A stretch of 64,000 bases of DNA from Lingula anatina (lineage: Eukaryota > Animalia > Brachiopoda), in assembly GCA_051362555.1 (NCBI GenBank), contig CM120647.1:18018651-18082650 (forward strand), written 5' to 3'. Positions within the stretch are counted from its first letter, which is position 1; each line of letters starts with the position of its first letter. Of this stretch, positions 36,810-50,291 are shown piece after piece. Made by a program: the position numbers and the translations under genes. The notes below the pieces were generated by a model. It made no database searches. It was not told the DNA's origin and saw nothing but the letters and a program-made list of their open reading frames with translations.

Positions 36810-37250
36810 TTGAATCACAGTGTTATTATTAGTTTTCATCCAATGAAACCGAATAACGAAATACATTATTGTTGAACAAAACGCCCATTTAAATTTTTTA
36901 AACATCAAAGAATAATCATATCAATAAATAAAAAACCTGTCATTCATCCCTTTATATTCAAGGTCCAAAACCGTCGTTAATGACCATCTTCTGTTGAAAG
37001 CACTCTCAGAGCAGCAAAGATGTGACCGCTGACGTTTTCACACAGTTATGAAATATTCACAATTCCCCCATTGTTGTTGTCAAACTATTTACCAAGATAT
37101 ATTCCAATCCCTCCTTGGAAAGTATTGACATTTAACCCATTTTCCGCTGAGCTGTATTGTTTCTATTCTCTGTAGGGTATTGCACCGCTGGATATATGAT
37201 ATCGTTTGTCAAAGGGAAACCTTTCGTAACTAATCACTTGATTTCTCATA
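36399..37250 (-). mobile_element. Decayed Rex1/Babar-like LINE reverse-transcriptase fragment
   Basis: Minus-strand pieces LQTLDNKNSYTR..IDYS, ICGWILNF..ERKQ..LNTGTPKGCALS and ADDT resemble Rex1-type RT motifs (HLDxKxxYVRMLFIDFSS, WILDFL..NTGAPQGCVLSP, ADDT). Many stops; boundaries approximate. Confidence 0.7.
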
Positions 37251-38025
37251 CATTTCAGTAGCCGCATTTTAGGCTAGGCAGAAATGTGAAATGTATAGCG
37301 GAGGAGACACGCACAGAGACATAAAAAGATCAGTTTTGTGAAACATTTAACTAAAATGCTAGATCGCTTGCAATAGAAAGCTACTGTAGACCTACACTGC
37401 GGAATTGAAGCGCTGTTGATGTCCATTTTAAGGTTTAATGTCTGTTTTCTTTAGCTCAGTTTCTATTAACACCGCATGTACGTAGTATAGTACGCTACAA
37501 GCCGAATTATCATTCACTAATTATATGATTATTATATAAAAACTCTTTTGCTTTGAAACAAATCATCGCACGCTTTGCCTTTAAGATGTATTCACTTTAT
37601 TATTTTACACACTTTCCAAATTGGCTGCTATGGCAGCTTCTTTTTTTAAAAGCATGTAGAATGTTGGATGTTTGCACATTGCAATTGCTCCACCACCATC
37701 CCATCCCACTCGGAAATATTATCCACAATTATTTGTCTTCATGTGGCCGCGCAAATACGAAGAAATAAGCTGCAAATTCAGCTAAGCAAATTCTATCGAT
37801 CTGAGGATCCAGATCGATGTTGGAGTGAGTATCGAATTAAAAAAGAGGTGGGCATTTATAGCTATGAAGAATACAATAGGAAAGCGGAGCATGCGCAGGC
37901 ATGATTGAAACTGGTCTCGCCTTGTTTTTTCATTTGCCACTGATGCCGCGCCACAGCCAATGACATTTCAAACAGCTACAGCATTCTTGTTGAAAAAACG
38001 CGCTTAAAAAATACATTTCTGAGAA

Positions 38026-41000
38026 ATGGCTGAAGAAATTATTTTCGCTGCGCTTTTGCTAATTGCTATTTTTGTTGACCCCGGACAAGCAAAGATTCGT
38101 AGTGCTGCATTCAAAATTACGACAGAGTACCGCCAGCAGGGTGGGGTGTCTCAATCGCTAGGTGGTCACTCAAGAGAGGACTGTTCCATGGTCTGCTTGG
38201 CTGATATGTCGTGTGTTGGAGTTAACTACCACCAGGGCACTGGAGCGTGTGAAACGTACGGCTTTTCCGCTAGAACAGGCGCAAACACGGCGGGTTGGGT
38301 GCATTTAGGTAAGCGCATTTTATGCAACGTATCACGAAATTTAACTGAGTCGAGGTAGACAAAATGTCATCGACCGAAATTACCTTTTTTAGATTTGGTA
38401 GTAGGAAGCATAGGCCTATCTTTGCTTCATTTTTTAAACAATTCTTTGAAGTGTTTACAATGCTTTAATTTTCTGAGAGTACAAATAAAGACACGCCGTT
38501 TATTTGATATTTGTTTTATTGATTGCTATAACAACAGAATGCATGAAATAACCTTAAATAGATTTGGTAATATGCAGCATATATATTCATGACTTTTTAC
38601 CTTTCTACGAAATAGGCCCTATTCACAATGCTTTAATATTCTGAGAGCATGGATAAAGACATGTTGTTAGTTTGATACGTGTTTCTGTGGTAAATTAGTG
38701 TTTCCAGCTGTGTACTGAAAACATAACTTTTCTTAAGCAGTTTTTTTTTGGACTGTTTTTTTTTTTTCGCCCGCTCGCACCGATTTTGGGGTCCCCAGAG
38801 GATGTCACCCATAAAAATAAAAAAGTGTGGCCTTAGGGGGACTGTACTGTAGTATATGCACTTGACCTTCCTGAATCTTGTAATTGGTACATATAGTCCA
38901 GGAGCGAATCCAGAGATATTTTTTACAGTATTCCAAATTATCTTTGTTGATCCATCCTCCATTCATGATGGTCCTCCAACAGCAAAAAAAAAAAAAAATA
39001 GATACCCGTCAATGTAAACTTTAAAATTTGACTGTCTTCCGGAAGACCCAGAAGACGGTCTCAATCCGCCCCTGTAGTCAATACTTTTGTTTTCAATTCA
39101 GATTTTGTCTCTGTTCTTATTTTCAGTTAAATATTCAAGTACTGTATAAATTCTCCAAAGAGATAATTAAAAAACGGTGTATTTTATTTCCTGGGAAGGG
39201 GTGTCTTGGGTGGAAATTGTCGGATGGGTGAAGGGGAATGGTCTGGGGGGATTCTCAAAGGGGGGGGGGGGGTTGTCGTAGTATGATTTCACTTCTATTA
39301 AAATCTAGGCATTTCATATAAAGCATAACGAGAAAGACGTATCTCCAAATGTCACTTAAATTTAAATCGACAGTATGAAGCTAGATGTACATGTATATAA
39401 GACCTGTAGCAGTGGGCTTGCTACGTGTATGGCAACATACCCTGACAGACAATCTGACAGAAGGGCAAATTGCTTATGTATTGAGACAGGGAAGCAAATA
39501 AGTGAATATACTGGATATAAGCCATTCAATGGACGGATGGGCGCGTGGATATATGGATTTGAATTTAACAGGTGGGTGGGTTCCGGTATATTGTTAAGTT
39601 AAAAGGTGGGGTGGATATATGGATTATTATGCTGACAGATGGGTTGGTGGATATATGGATTGTTAAGTTGGCAGCTGGGGGTGGATATATGGATTGTTAA
39701 GTTGACAGCTGGGGGTGGATATACGTATTGTTAAGTTGACAGGTGGGTTGGTGGATATATGGATTGTTAATTTGACAGCTGGGGTGGATATATGGATTGT
39801 TAATTTGACAGCTGGGGTGGATATATGGATTGTTAAGTTGACAGGTGGGTTGGTGGATGTATGGCTTGTTATGCTGACAGATGGGTGGATTGTTAAGTTG
39901 AAAGGTGGGTGGGTAGAAAGATGGATTGTTAAGTTGACTAACAAGACGGATAGATTTGATTTTTGAATTAACACAGGGACGGACGACCGATTATACAGAT
40001 GGAAAAACATGCGGAGAGACAGACGGGAAGAGACTGAGTAAAAAAAGAGGATATACATAGAGCAAAGATCGAAAGAACATAAATCATTATTGTTTGCATC
40101 ACTACTATTTTATTTTCAGTTCATGATAGAAAATGTCACGTTACCCATGGACCTTACGGCAATCTTCGGGAGTCAACATTTGATGACGCAGCTGTGTCGT
40201 CATCAGGGCCAATTACTGGAGTAACTATCAGAGGTGCAAGTTGGATCGATAGGTGCGTTGTAATGTATACCATCTCCCGGTCGATTACTGGATTTGTTTT
40301 TCACATCATTTTAATCTCTTTGCAATAAGTATAACCCATACTTGTTACTATGCATATTGTTTGGGCACTGGTGTATTTCCCACTGACGTGTTTTGCTTGA
40401 CTGGGTATACTGAAACTGACTGAGATGTTCACTTCTCTTCGTAAATATGTTTTTTTTTTCTACTGTATATGCAAATCTTTAAGTAAGTTTTTCACTGTCA
40501 CTGATTCTCTTTTGTAGCATTCAGTTTAAGTATGGTGGTACTCCAGGCCAACACGCGGGAGGCGATGGAGGCAGTCCTCAAGCTCTACAATTTACTGAGA
40601 ACGAATTCATTACGAAGTAAGTTATCTTTCAAGTGGAACTGGGGGGAAGGGATATCCAACTGTAGCTATATTTGGGAGTTGTAATCAGAGTTAGTTTTAT
40701 TTCAGAAAAGATAAACAATTTTATTTCACTAAATGTGCGAGCAGAGCAAAAAAAATCTTCTCCAGCACAGTGGACGAGGCAACGATGACATACCACGCAA
40801 TCAATGTAGACGTATAGAAGATGCAATAAACTGTAATAAAGATTTACAGTAATAAAGAAAATATGCATCACAAAAAGCTGTTTAAAAATACCATTACGTA
40901 TAGACATTGTTATGACGTATATAGAAAACTGGGTTTTTAAGGGGAAAAGGCATTCCATAAAGCATGGACTGTGGCGTGTATATACCATTTTCAATGGCGT

Positions 41001-41794
41001 ACATAGATGATTTCAAAAAACAAATATCGCGAAAGACGTATTTTACTGGAAACTCATTTTTATTTACCAGTATTATCAGCATACATCTAAAAGAATAGGG
41101 TAAAACAGTAGAGAAAGAAAGACAAAGTGACACCAGTGGTCATGAGCAGAATTGAGGATAAAGGGTATATATTTTATCAAACTTAGGGAGAGAAAAGGAG
41201 AAAATGAATTAATTTAATTATCATCTTCATCGAGTAGGTTTTGATTTTGACTTTGTTGGTTGTTAATGTGATCGTTTATATCCAAACTAAAACGTTACGG
41301 CTAAAATCTTTAGGATGAGTCAGAAATCGGCCCACGTTTGATGATCTTATTCGGGAGATTTATTAATCTTCTGTGTATTAATTACTTAATCAACAGTGAG
41401 ATGTGAGGTATTTTGCGGAGTTATTCGCTTTCTGAGTGGTTTTCTGGTTAACAATTGAAACAGTGATGCTCATACTGATAACAAAAACTGGTTTCCAGTA
41501 AACGTAAAAATCAAGACCGAGTTGAAAGCATATTGATCCAAAACTTGATTGTTCACTTCATTTTTCTTTGTTTGTAGAATCGTCATCACACTGCACTATT
41601 CGTTTGTTGAATCGCTGACGTTCTATACCAACTTGGCGACGTACGGACCTTACGGAGTTCCCACTACGACGGAGACTGTGTTAAACTTCACCAACGAACG
41701 CAGGCTGTCGTACATTTCTGGACGTTACGGAACCTACCTTAACGCAATAGCGTTCCACCAAGAGGCGGACTGTGGTCAGGAAATTTTGAGCTGA
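38026..41794 (+). CDS. Secreted PAN/apple + jacalin-like (beta-prism I) lectin, gene 1 (~243 aa, 4 exons)
   Basis: Exons 38026-38308, 40120-40252, 40518-40616 and 41578-41794 are phase-compatible. Signal peptide; PAN core C-x3-C..C-x-G-x-N-Y..C (CSMVCLADMSCVGVNYHQGTGAC); jacalin motifs HGPYG..FDD..ITGVTIRGASWIDSIQFKYG..GGDGG..EFITK..SLTFYTNLATYGPYG..LSYISGRYGTYLNAIAF. Confidence 0.88.
38899..39074. mobile_element. Family A MITE with an exact 5-bp TSD (TAGTC)
   Basis: CAGGAGCGAAT..ATCCGCCCCTG, with TAGTC on both sides. Confidence 0.8.
39545..39940. repeat. Minisatellite, ~30-35 bp unit (ggatatatggattgttaagttgacagstggg), about 11 copies
   Basis: Visible tandem array in intron 1 of lectin gene 1; it explains the spurious repetitive ORFs at 39663-40058 and 39715-39966. 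Confidence 0.9.
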
Positions 41795-43393
41795 CTTTTG
41801 TTGAACGGAAACCTCACGTGACTGAAGTCACAATGACTGACAAGCTTTCTTTCCCCTTACACATCTGTCATATAAACACTCGTATACACACGTGCGCGAG
41901 CACGCGCACAAGGAGAGAAATAGAGAGATAGGAGAACTTTGTGATCAAACACCAATAACATTATTCCAAAATTTGTGAAGATTGAAAAGAAATATAACGA
42001 GTTGTCAAATACATGTTTGTCACCAAGAGTCCAGTCGTTGTCTTGTCACTATAATTTCTGGTGCCGGGGAACCCGTTCCTATAAATAACAGTTGCAACTA
42101 AATATAATAACATGTTTGTTCTACAACCCTCTCGTTCTCAACTAGCACAACCATCAGTTGCGCCATCTACCGCATTCATTTGGAAGTTCACCTACCACAA
42201 TTTGCTCAGGGCGAGGTTTCACTACACAGACGAGACATTCGGCGGACAGTTTGCATCACAATAATCCCAGAAACACGTTTATGGTGACGTAATAAGAGCA
42301 TGTTGTAATACAAAAGGAGAATTTGTTTGTTTATTGTATCATTAGTAAACACTAATACTAATAGGGCCTACCACAAAACGAGAATTTATTTGTTTCTTTA
42401 TCATATTATTAGTAACCCTCATGCGAGATCTCGAATGGCAATGTTTTGACTCAAAATAGGGATCTTGTAAAGCCGTTTCCAAAACCCGGGTTACTTTCAC
42501 ACAAACGGTGCATATTACCTCTTTAAAATTGATTTGACCATAGGCAAACTTGACAGTATCTCATACAAAATTGGATTTCGCACTCTAAAACAGTCTTCAC
42601 CTTCCATGTTCTTATTTATTATGTAGTTTATTACGCCACAGGGAACGTCATGTACTGACGTCATATACTGACGTAATAAGGTAAAAAAAAGTCTTGCAAA
42701 AGGAAATTATTTCAAAACGTGGTTTATGCTTATTTTTTCAAGTGGAAGGCCATGATTAGGTAGGTAAAAAAGTAAAAGACACGTTGCACTGTACTATGCT
42801 CTGAGTACAGTGTTGGTTGCCAGTTTTGACGCCTTATAGATATCGACTATTCCTGTTGTTGAGGTGACAATGACCAACTTCTTCAATATTTTTTCAAGAA
42901 ATTCATTGCAATTCATGTACATAGGATTGATTCTTTTTATTTTATTTTATTTTTTTAATTTTGTCTTTGATAAATGTATCTGTATGTGCCATCCTCGAAG
43001 TTGTTTTGTGTTTTGATGTGTAATACCAATTGCAACAATAGAAACACGAGCACAATACCGAAATGTTTAAAAGCTCCAGGGAAACGGTTGAGATAAAGCG
43101 ACCGTTATATAATTAATGACAGATAAATATTTGGTTGCAACAATGGCGCCTCAAGTCTGTAGCCTACTAGATTAAATGGGTGAGGGGCACTTTTCTGAGA
43201 AAAAAGTGAACCTTTTTTCCCCCTTAGATGAACAAACCTGAGACACGACACAGAACTGAAGTGAAATTGCCATTCAGAGTGAATCTGTTCCGACCAAAAG
43301 TGGTTCTCTCTACCCCCTCCCTCCCCCCCCCCCCCCCACACACACACACGCTTCACCGACTTGCCTCTGTACTGTCTGTGTTAAATCATCCTA

Positions 43394-43452
<59 letters not shown>

Positions 43453-44696
43453 TTCCAACAGAAAATGGACATTGGTCATAATACATGTCTTCTATGCACG
43501 TTGATGAGAATAACAGCTGTATTAATCTTTTATGTTGTTTAAACATTCAAATTAAAAGTTTGTATTACAGTAGTGTATATTTAGGTATTCAACTGGTAAA
43601 ATCATAGAATGCAAGGAACAATATTGACCGAAAAAGAAAATAAAAAGGGTTGACAAGACAAAGCTTTGCCAGCTGTTGTTCCACAGGTATCAGGCGTAAA
43701 GCATTATTTTTTGTCAAGGTCATTGCTTGAAACTCTTTTGTTTTGTGGCAAACGATCGTATATTTGGCCTTGAAGATGTACTTGTTGTGTGTGTATTACG
43801 GTATTCAATTTGTTTTATTCACAGAAAACTCACAACTAGACATTTATTGGTGCAAACAGAATAGAAAGACGGTAGTGAGGGAAGGTAACAGAATGGAATA
43901 CAAATATTTGGCAGCTGTTATAGTGTGAGACGTAAATTTTTAATTTTTTATGAAGTATCTGTCCAGAAATTCTTTTGTTTGGGACTTGAAGATGTGATTG
44001 TTCTTAAGCAACGCGTGCCGCTTTACGCACTATCTACGGTAATCGTTCGATCTTTTTAATGGTGAAAATTATGAATTTTGCAGATACTAGATCTTTTAAG
44101 CTATAATATCTTAAAATTAGAACATTCCTACTGAGTGGTAGCAACAAAATTAGAAGCAGGCTGCTCTATAGTTCTATTCTTTGCACTAAAACCACCAGAA
44201 ATATATTACAGAAATTAATTTTTTGTGTTTATGAAATTGTTTCTGAAAGTTTGATCATTTTCTCCCATTGAAAAGATCGAATAATTACCGTATATTGGCG
44301 CGTTATCACAGTACTGTTGTTTATATCGAATCGCATGCTAACTGGCACAAACACTACTTCTACCTACCCACCCCTTTCTTCAGAGTGGCCTTTTCCTTAC
44401 TCAGCTATCCGCAACATAAAAGAGAAAGGTGAGTCTGCTGTAGGCCTAGGATAACGAGGTCTATCGATACGTTGATGCAGAATTTTAAAAAGAGGTTGAC
44501 AGTAGCACTAGTTCTCGGACTCATTGAGGAGAAGCGAGTGTAGGAGCAGTGAACCCGTTTGCAGGTTATGACTAACCGGGGCTAATTACGTATCTTAAAC
44601 AATACGGAATATTTGAAAAAAAAAATATTTTTGACAAAACGAAACTTCTTGTCGAAAAGAGCTCATTATCAGATATTTTTGGACAACATAGAAGAA

Positions 44697-47188
44697 ATGG
44701 CCATTGCTGCGCTTTTGCTAATTCTTATTTTTGTTGGCTTCGGTCAAGCAGAGATTCGTAGTGCTGCCTTCAAAATGACGGCGGAGTATCGCCAGCAGGG
44801 TGGGGTGTCTCAATCGCTAGGAGGCCACTCAAGAGAGGACTGTTCCATGGTCTGCTTGGTTGATATGTCGTGTGTTGGAATAAACTACCACCAGGGTACT
44901 GGAGTATGTGAAACATATGGTAGCAGCCTGCCCGCCAAAATAGGTGGAAACGCGGCGGGTTGGGTGCATTTAGGTAAGCAAAATCTTTATGAAACTTAAT
45001 GATACGTATTGTGAAGTCAATGAAAAAATAACTACATGTTCTCGTAACAGTCCCTTTTGATAAACTTAAACTAGACAATCAGGTGGTGATAAATTTATGA
45101 ATAATAAAAGAACCTAAAACCGGCATACGGATTGTTAAGTTGACAAAGGGGTGGATATATGGACTGTAAGGCGCCATGATAAGGACGGGTTGTAAGGTTG
45201 GCAGACGGACTGGAGAATGTGGCAGACGACAGACAAACGGGTGGCAGGATTTGCAGACTGGTTGATAAACGGGCAAACACGGATTGAGAGACGGGAAGAG
45301 ACGACAAAAAAATTTAAAAACAGGCGAGTGGGCACCTAGCGAAAAAATAAAGAAAAAGGAAACAAAAGAAAGGTGTGAATTACTTATATTGTCTTGTTAT
45401 ATTCCCAGCTCGTCTTGGGATAAATCTTGAAAGTTGCTACTTCATCCATGGACCGTACGGGTGTCTCGTACACCATACATTTAATGATGCAGCTGTGTGG
45501 TCATCAAGACGAATCACCGGTGCAAATGTCAGAGCTGGGCTCTGGACTGATAGGTATGTTCTATGGGAATAATGTTTGTCAACTTTCGATTTGCGATCGA
45601 TTAACAGATGTGTTGTATCGATATTTTGAATCTTTTTGAACAATTATTATGGTACGCATTGGTTTCAAACTCATCTTCCCTCGTTTTCAATTGATGAGTA
45701 TATTGACACTTATTGTGGTCTGTTTCAAGTAAAAGTTAGGTTCATATGTTATTCATAGTTAATCGTTGATTATTTGAATTATCACTGATTCATTTCTCAT
45801 GGGCGTTTTTAAAAATTTGCTTAATGCATTTCTGACCGAGCTGTTCACTTTGTCTCGTATAAAACAAAAATGTTATTTTCTTTCTCACGTCTCTTTTGAA
45901 TTATGAATTATTTGTCCAAGCTTATATTTTTTTCCACCGTCACTGTCACTGGTTTTTCCGTAGCATACAGTTTGAATATAGCGGCATCCCCGGACAGAAG
46001 GCGGGAGGTGATGGTGGTGCCCTGAATACCATGCAATTTGCTGAGGACGAATTTATTACAAGGTGAGTAACATTTGAATTTGGGAATGGGCACCTACCCC
46101 GGTAATGTAATGTTGGTAATTGATATTCTCGCAGTGAGCGAAGAGCTGGGAGTTTTCTGTAGAAGTAATTGGCTTGTTTTCATAATGTGCAACACTTACG
46201 CAGGGAGATTGAATGGGACAGAGAGAAAAGAGGTGAGAAGTAGATTGAATAAAAAGTATGAAAGAACAAAAAGTGTTCTGGTTTCTATCTCGCGTAGCAA
46301 CTAACGTAGAATTCAGTACCCTAGTTACGCCTGTTCTAACGTTTAAGAGTGCATTCCCATAGAGTTAGTTCGATCCATCTAGATCGACCTAACTCCCTGG
46401 GGGTTCACGCTAAATTGCTGTCAGCCAGTGAATTACCCCCTTACAGCTTTTAGTAGGCGGGACAGACATTTAAGCCGGCTAAGCTGACAGTAATCTAGTG
46501 AGACTCCCCACAGGGATAGATCGATCTAAAATATGTGGGAATGGGGTCTAACAGGCTTAGGGGATACGATTGGGAATGATCCCTAAAGGGGATTGGGTAT
46601 TTATAAGTAGGGATTGGGTATTTATAAACGAAACGGCGAATGGGGTGGGGGTATAATCAGACATGACATGAGAAGGAAAGAGGTGAACATGCAGGGTAAA
46701 ATGATTTCTATGCTTTTCAAGGAAGCTGACTTGTTCCAATTACTCTTGATGTACATGTAAATGTCGCCCTAGAAAATTTTCTTCATAGGACAAAAAAAAA
46801 AGACTGTTTGTATAGATTTGCTACTGCACGACATGTCTAGTCTGACTACAGTACCCTATATTGCTTCTTTAGCCTGACTACAATACCCTATATTGCTTCT
46901 TTAGTCTGACAGCACGTATAGTACCAGATATTGCTTTGTTAGTCTTACTATAATACCCAATATTGCTTCGTTTGTAGGGTCGTCATCACTCTCCGAACTA
47001 ATTACTGTCTTCAGTCGCTGACTTTCCACACCAACCTTGCGACCTACGGCCCTTATGGAGTTCCCGAAGGACGACCAGAGACTGCGGTCGACTTCTCCAG
47101 CGAAGGCAGACTGAGGTACATTTCTGGACGTTACGCAACCTCCCTTAACGCAATAGCGTTCCACGAAGAGGTCGAGTGCGGGCAGTGA
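44697..47188 (+). CDS. Secreted PAN/apple + jacalin-like lectin, gene 2 (~243 aa, 4 exons)
   Basis: Exons 44697-44973, 45409-45553, 45964-46062 and 46978-47188 are open with the same phases as gene 1. MAIAALLLILIFVGFGQA signal peptide; PAN domain nearly identical to gene 1; jacalin part more diverged (AGLWTDSIQFEYS..GGDGG..SLTFHTNLATYGPYG..YISGRYATSLNAIAF). Confidence 0.88.
46347..46548. mobile_element. Harbinger-like MITE (family B), TAA TSD
   Basis: Homologous to 9821-10046; TAA on both sides. Confidence 0.82.
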
Positions 47189-47338
47189 ATTTCGAGCTGA
47201 CCATATTGTCCAACGGAAACCTAGCAATACGTGTATATACTGTAGTATTTTGCGTGTCGCGTGACTGACGTTGACTTTTCTATCAGAAGAATACACCTGC
47301 ATGCTGTCGTGATATAAACGCACGCACGCACGCACACA

Positions 47339-47392
<54 letters not shown>

Positions 47393-47698
47393 GTCAGACA
47401 ATAGTACGGTGTGTCTTGTTGTCTTTAAGAGTTTTTTAAATAAAAGAAAACAATACTAAAAGTGAAACAGACTTAATTGTCATTGGCGGACTATGCATGT
47501 GGACTTTTTATTTCCCCAAAATTTAACAGAGTTTTGGTGATAGTCAGGATAGGAGAATCAACGGCTAATGAGTCGGAGAAAATTGCCGTTAAACACAGAC
47601 CTATATTGCGGAGAAATACTCACAATGACTGTAGCTTTGTTACATTGTTCTTATGTTCTCAACAGACACAATCACCAGATAGGTCTGGAGGTAGTACT

Positions 47699-47810
47699 CT
47701 CTACTAGGGCCGCAGACTATACTACGTATAATTTTCTCTCACAGTGCAGAAAAGTCCATTGCTTAACTGTGAATATTTAGTGCAAAAATTAGGCTGTGGC
47801 CCTAGTAGAG
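47699..47810. repeat. Small hairpin/MITE with ~20-bp inverted arms
   Basis: ctctactagggccgcagacta .. taggctgtggccctagtagag. Confidence 0.55.
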
Positions 47811-50060
47811 GTATTGATCGAGGAAGCGAAGATGCGCTGCGTAAAAAAGAAGCTGCTCCGTCTTCTTTAATTAAAGTTTAGACAAATAGGATGTTTGTTT
47901 TCCAAGATTAAAAGCAAAGGAAAATTATTGGCGCAATTTGATGATTTCGTGAACTCATATGTATTAAAGTTTACATTTGTGCACATAGGGGCGTGTAGCT
48001 GAGTGTTTCAGAGTGTTTACCGCGCAAAATCAATAATTAAATATAACCCTGCTGGTAAAAAAGGCTGTAGCACAAACAAATCAACAGATACATGTATATT
48101 AGGACGACAGGTTTCACTTAAAAACTGCGTCATCACTCCCATTCAACTCTCGATCGCCTCTGACCCCTTCACTGACACGCATCAGGTTGTTGAACAGATT
48201 TAATCTGCTGAACAGAAGCTCGCGTAATATAAAACCTTTGCTATCAGGACCCCCTAAAATACTATACAAAATTACAATGTGGGGACAACATTTTTGTAAA
48301 CCACTACCAGCGCAGCCTGTGGTCGGAGAGCACGTAATACAAGTGCATACCAGAGTATGTCAAATTTCTTGCGCAATCACACACTTTCCTCTCAAATAGG
48401 CCTTTCGCGTTAACTTCTACAGCATGCCTGCCCCTCCCCCTTCGAAGGCCTCTCAGAATTTCGATCACTGCTATATACACCAATATATCCAGTATATTGC
48501 CTCGTATTCATTTTTGCTGGTACAATAAGGGAAGATAAGTCAACAATGACTCCGAGGTCATATCACGGAGGTTAAACTAATACGAGTAAAGGACTTGAAC
48601 TAAAGTAGCGAGAAGGCTCCTGTTCATCTTCCCAAGGCCAACACTGGGACATAGACGAGCAGTGCCCAAATTAAACAAGAAGGCGAGGTAAGTAAAAATG
48701 GCCATTGTGATATCATATTTATGCACCGTTAACTGTCAAAGATCTTGACATTAATTATGATAGATGCCCGATATATGTAGCGTTATGATTATTGGTGGTT
48801 TTCATTGCGTTTTAAACTGTGAGGTTTTTAATAGCCTTTAATACTTCCTAACAATGAAATCCGGGTTACTGAACATTGCCCTGGGTTTTTTGATTACATG
48901 AATTCCTGAACAGACGCGAAATATCCTACTTATAATACACATAATATGCTTGATACTAGTGATTTTACACGTTCTTTTTAAATCGCGAACGGGGAGAGTT
49001 GTAGGCTAAACAAACAGAACGTTTCACATGCTGGCTTCCTCTCTAGCTGTTACGTACTGTATAAGGGGTCTGGGAGGAGAGGAGGAGGGGTCGAGAAACG
49101 TGGGAATAGGCACGTGAGTAAAAAATGTCTGGCGAAGAATCGAAACTAGTTATAGAAAAGCGAATAATGGTTAACTCAATTGGTCATTAACGTAGTTAGC
49201 AACATGTAACGTTGTTCTAGACAGACTTTAGCATACATGCGGGCACTGTATTGATTAATTGTGTTGATCTAAGCAGAGGTCGCCACCTGCTGGGAGTTAA
49301 TATCGTTTGATCTGGTGAGGTTGCAAAGCTCCCTGTATAGAGACTAACATCTAATATATCCGTTTATTAGATCTTAGATAGAGAGCAGGTAATTTAGGCA
49401 GCCGTAGTATTTATGAAATAAATAAATACATAAATAAAATTCAGTGTATATAATTGTGCTCGTTTGTAAGATACGTCCCAGGCATCCTCAAACGAGCTTC
49501 AGAATAGAATTTTTTTCAAAAATCGAACTAAGAAAAAAAATATACAGATAAAATAAAGACATGTCGGTGATAACCTCTATAAATTTCATATGAAAAAAGG
49601 GACCGCCTTGCATCCTGGCTAAAATGGATCTTAGAAAAAAAACGAATAAAACGTAGGAGCTATTCATTAATGCCCACTTCCAGTCCTTGATTTATAATCT
49701 GATACGTGTTAGAAATACTGGGTGCATCGAGTGAAGAGGGGCTGCCGAGGAGAAACCGGACAGATTTGAACAGCATTTTCAAGTACCTAACCAGAATGGG
49801 CCTCTCCATATGAATCCAGCTATGTTTTTAACACCAGGCTATTTTTGAAATTTACGAGCAACTTGATCGATCCCTTATTATATAAGCAGCTGATGCTATA
49901 TAAAATGGATTCTTGTCTAACCGCAGCTGTAGCCTCTAATCGCACACTGGTTAAGTAATGTACCAGTACATGTAATTTATAATGAAAAAAGGCACTCAAT
50001 TGCAGAGAGCACAGACCTCCGCCAAGGAAACTGAATTCATATAATTATTGATTGATTAAT

Positions 50061-50234
50061 CAGGGGCGGGTCCAGACCTATTTACTGACAGTCTTCCAAA
50101 TATCTTTGTTGATTCATTCTCCAATTATGACCGTCTTCCAACAGAAAAAATTACAGTGTAGATACCCGTCAATGTAAACTTGAAAATCTGACCGTCTTCC
50201 GTAAGACCCAGAAGACGGCTTAAATCCGCCCCTG
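50061..50234. mobile_element. Family A MITE with an exact 5-bp TSD (TTAAT)
   Basis: CAGGGGCGG..ATCCGCCCCTG with TTAAT on both sides; internal identity to 2667-2815. Confidence 0.8.
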
Positions 50235-50249
50235 TTAATATATAATAAT

Positions 50250-50291
<42 letters not shown>

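Noticed and set aside
39663-40058. Repetitive ORFs (LTIHIST / DIWIVKLT repeats) and CRISPR-like periodicity
   Set aside because: Translation of an intronic minisatellite; no unique spacers, no cas genes, eukaryotic context.
46901-47401. 166-aa minus-strand ORF
   Set aside because: Antisense shadow of lectin gene 2 exon 4 plus microsatellites; the same applies to the antisense ORFs over TMEM205 exon 4 and the RTE.
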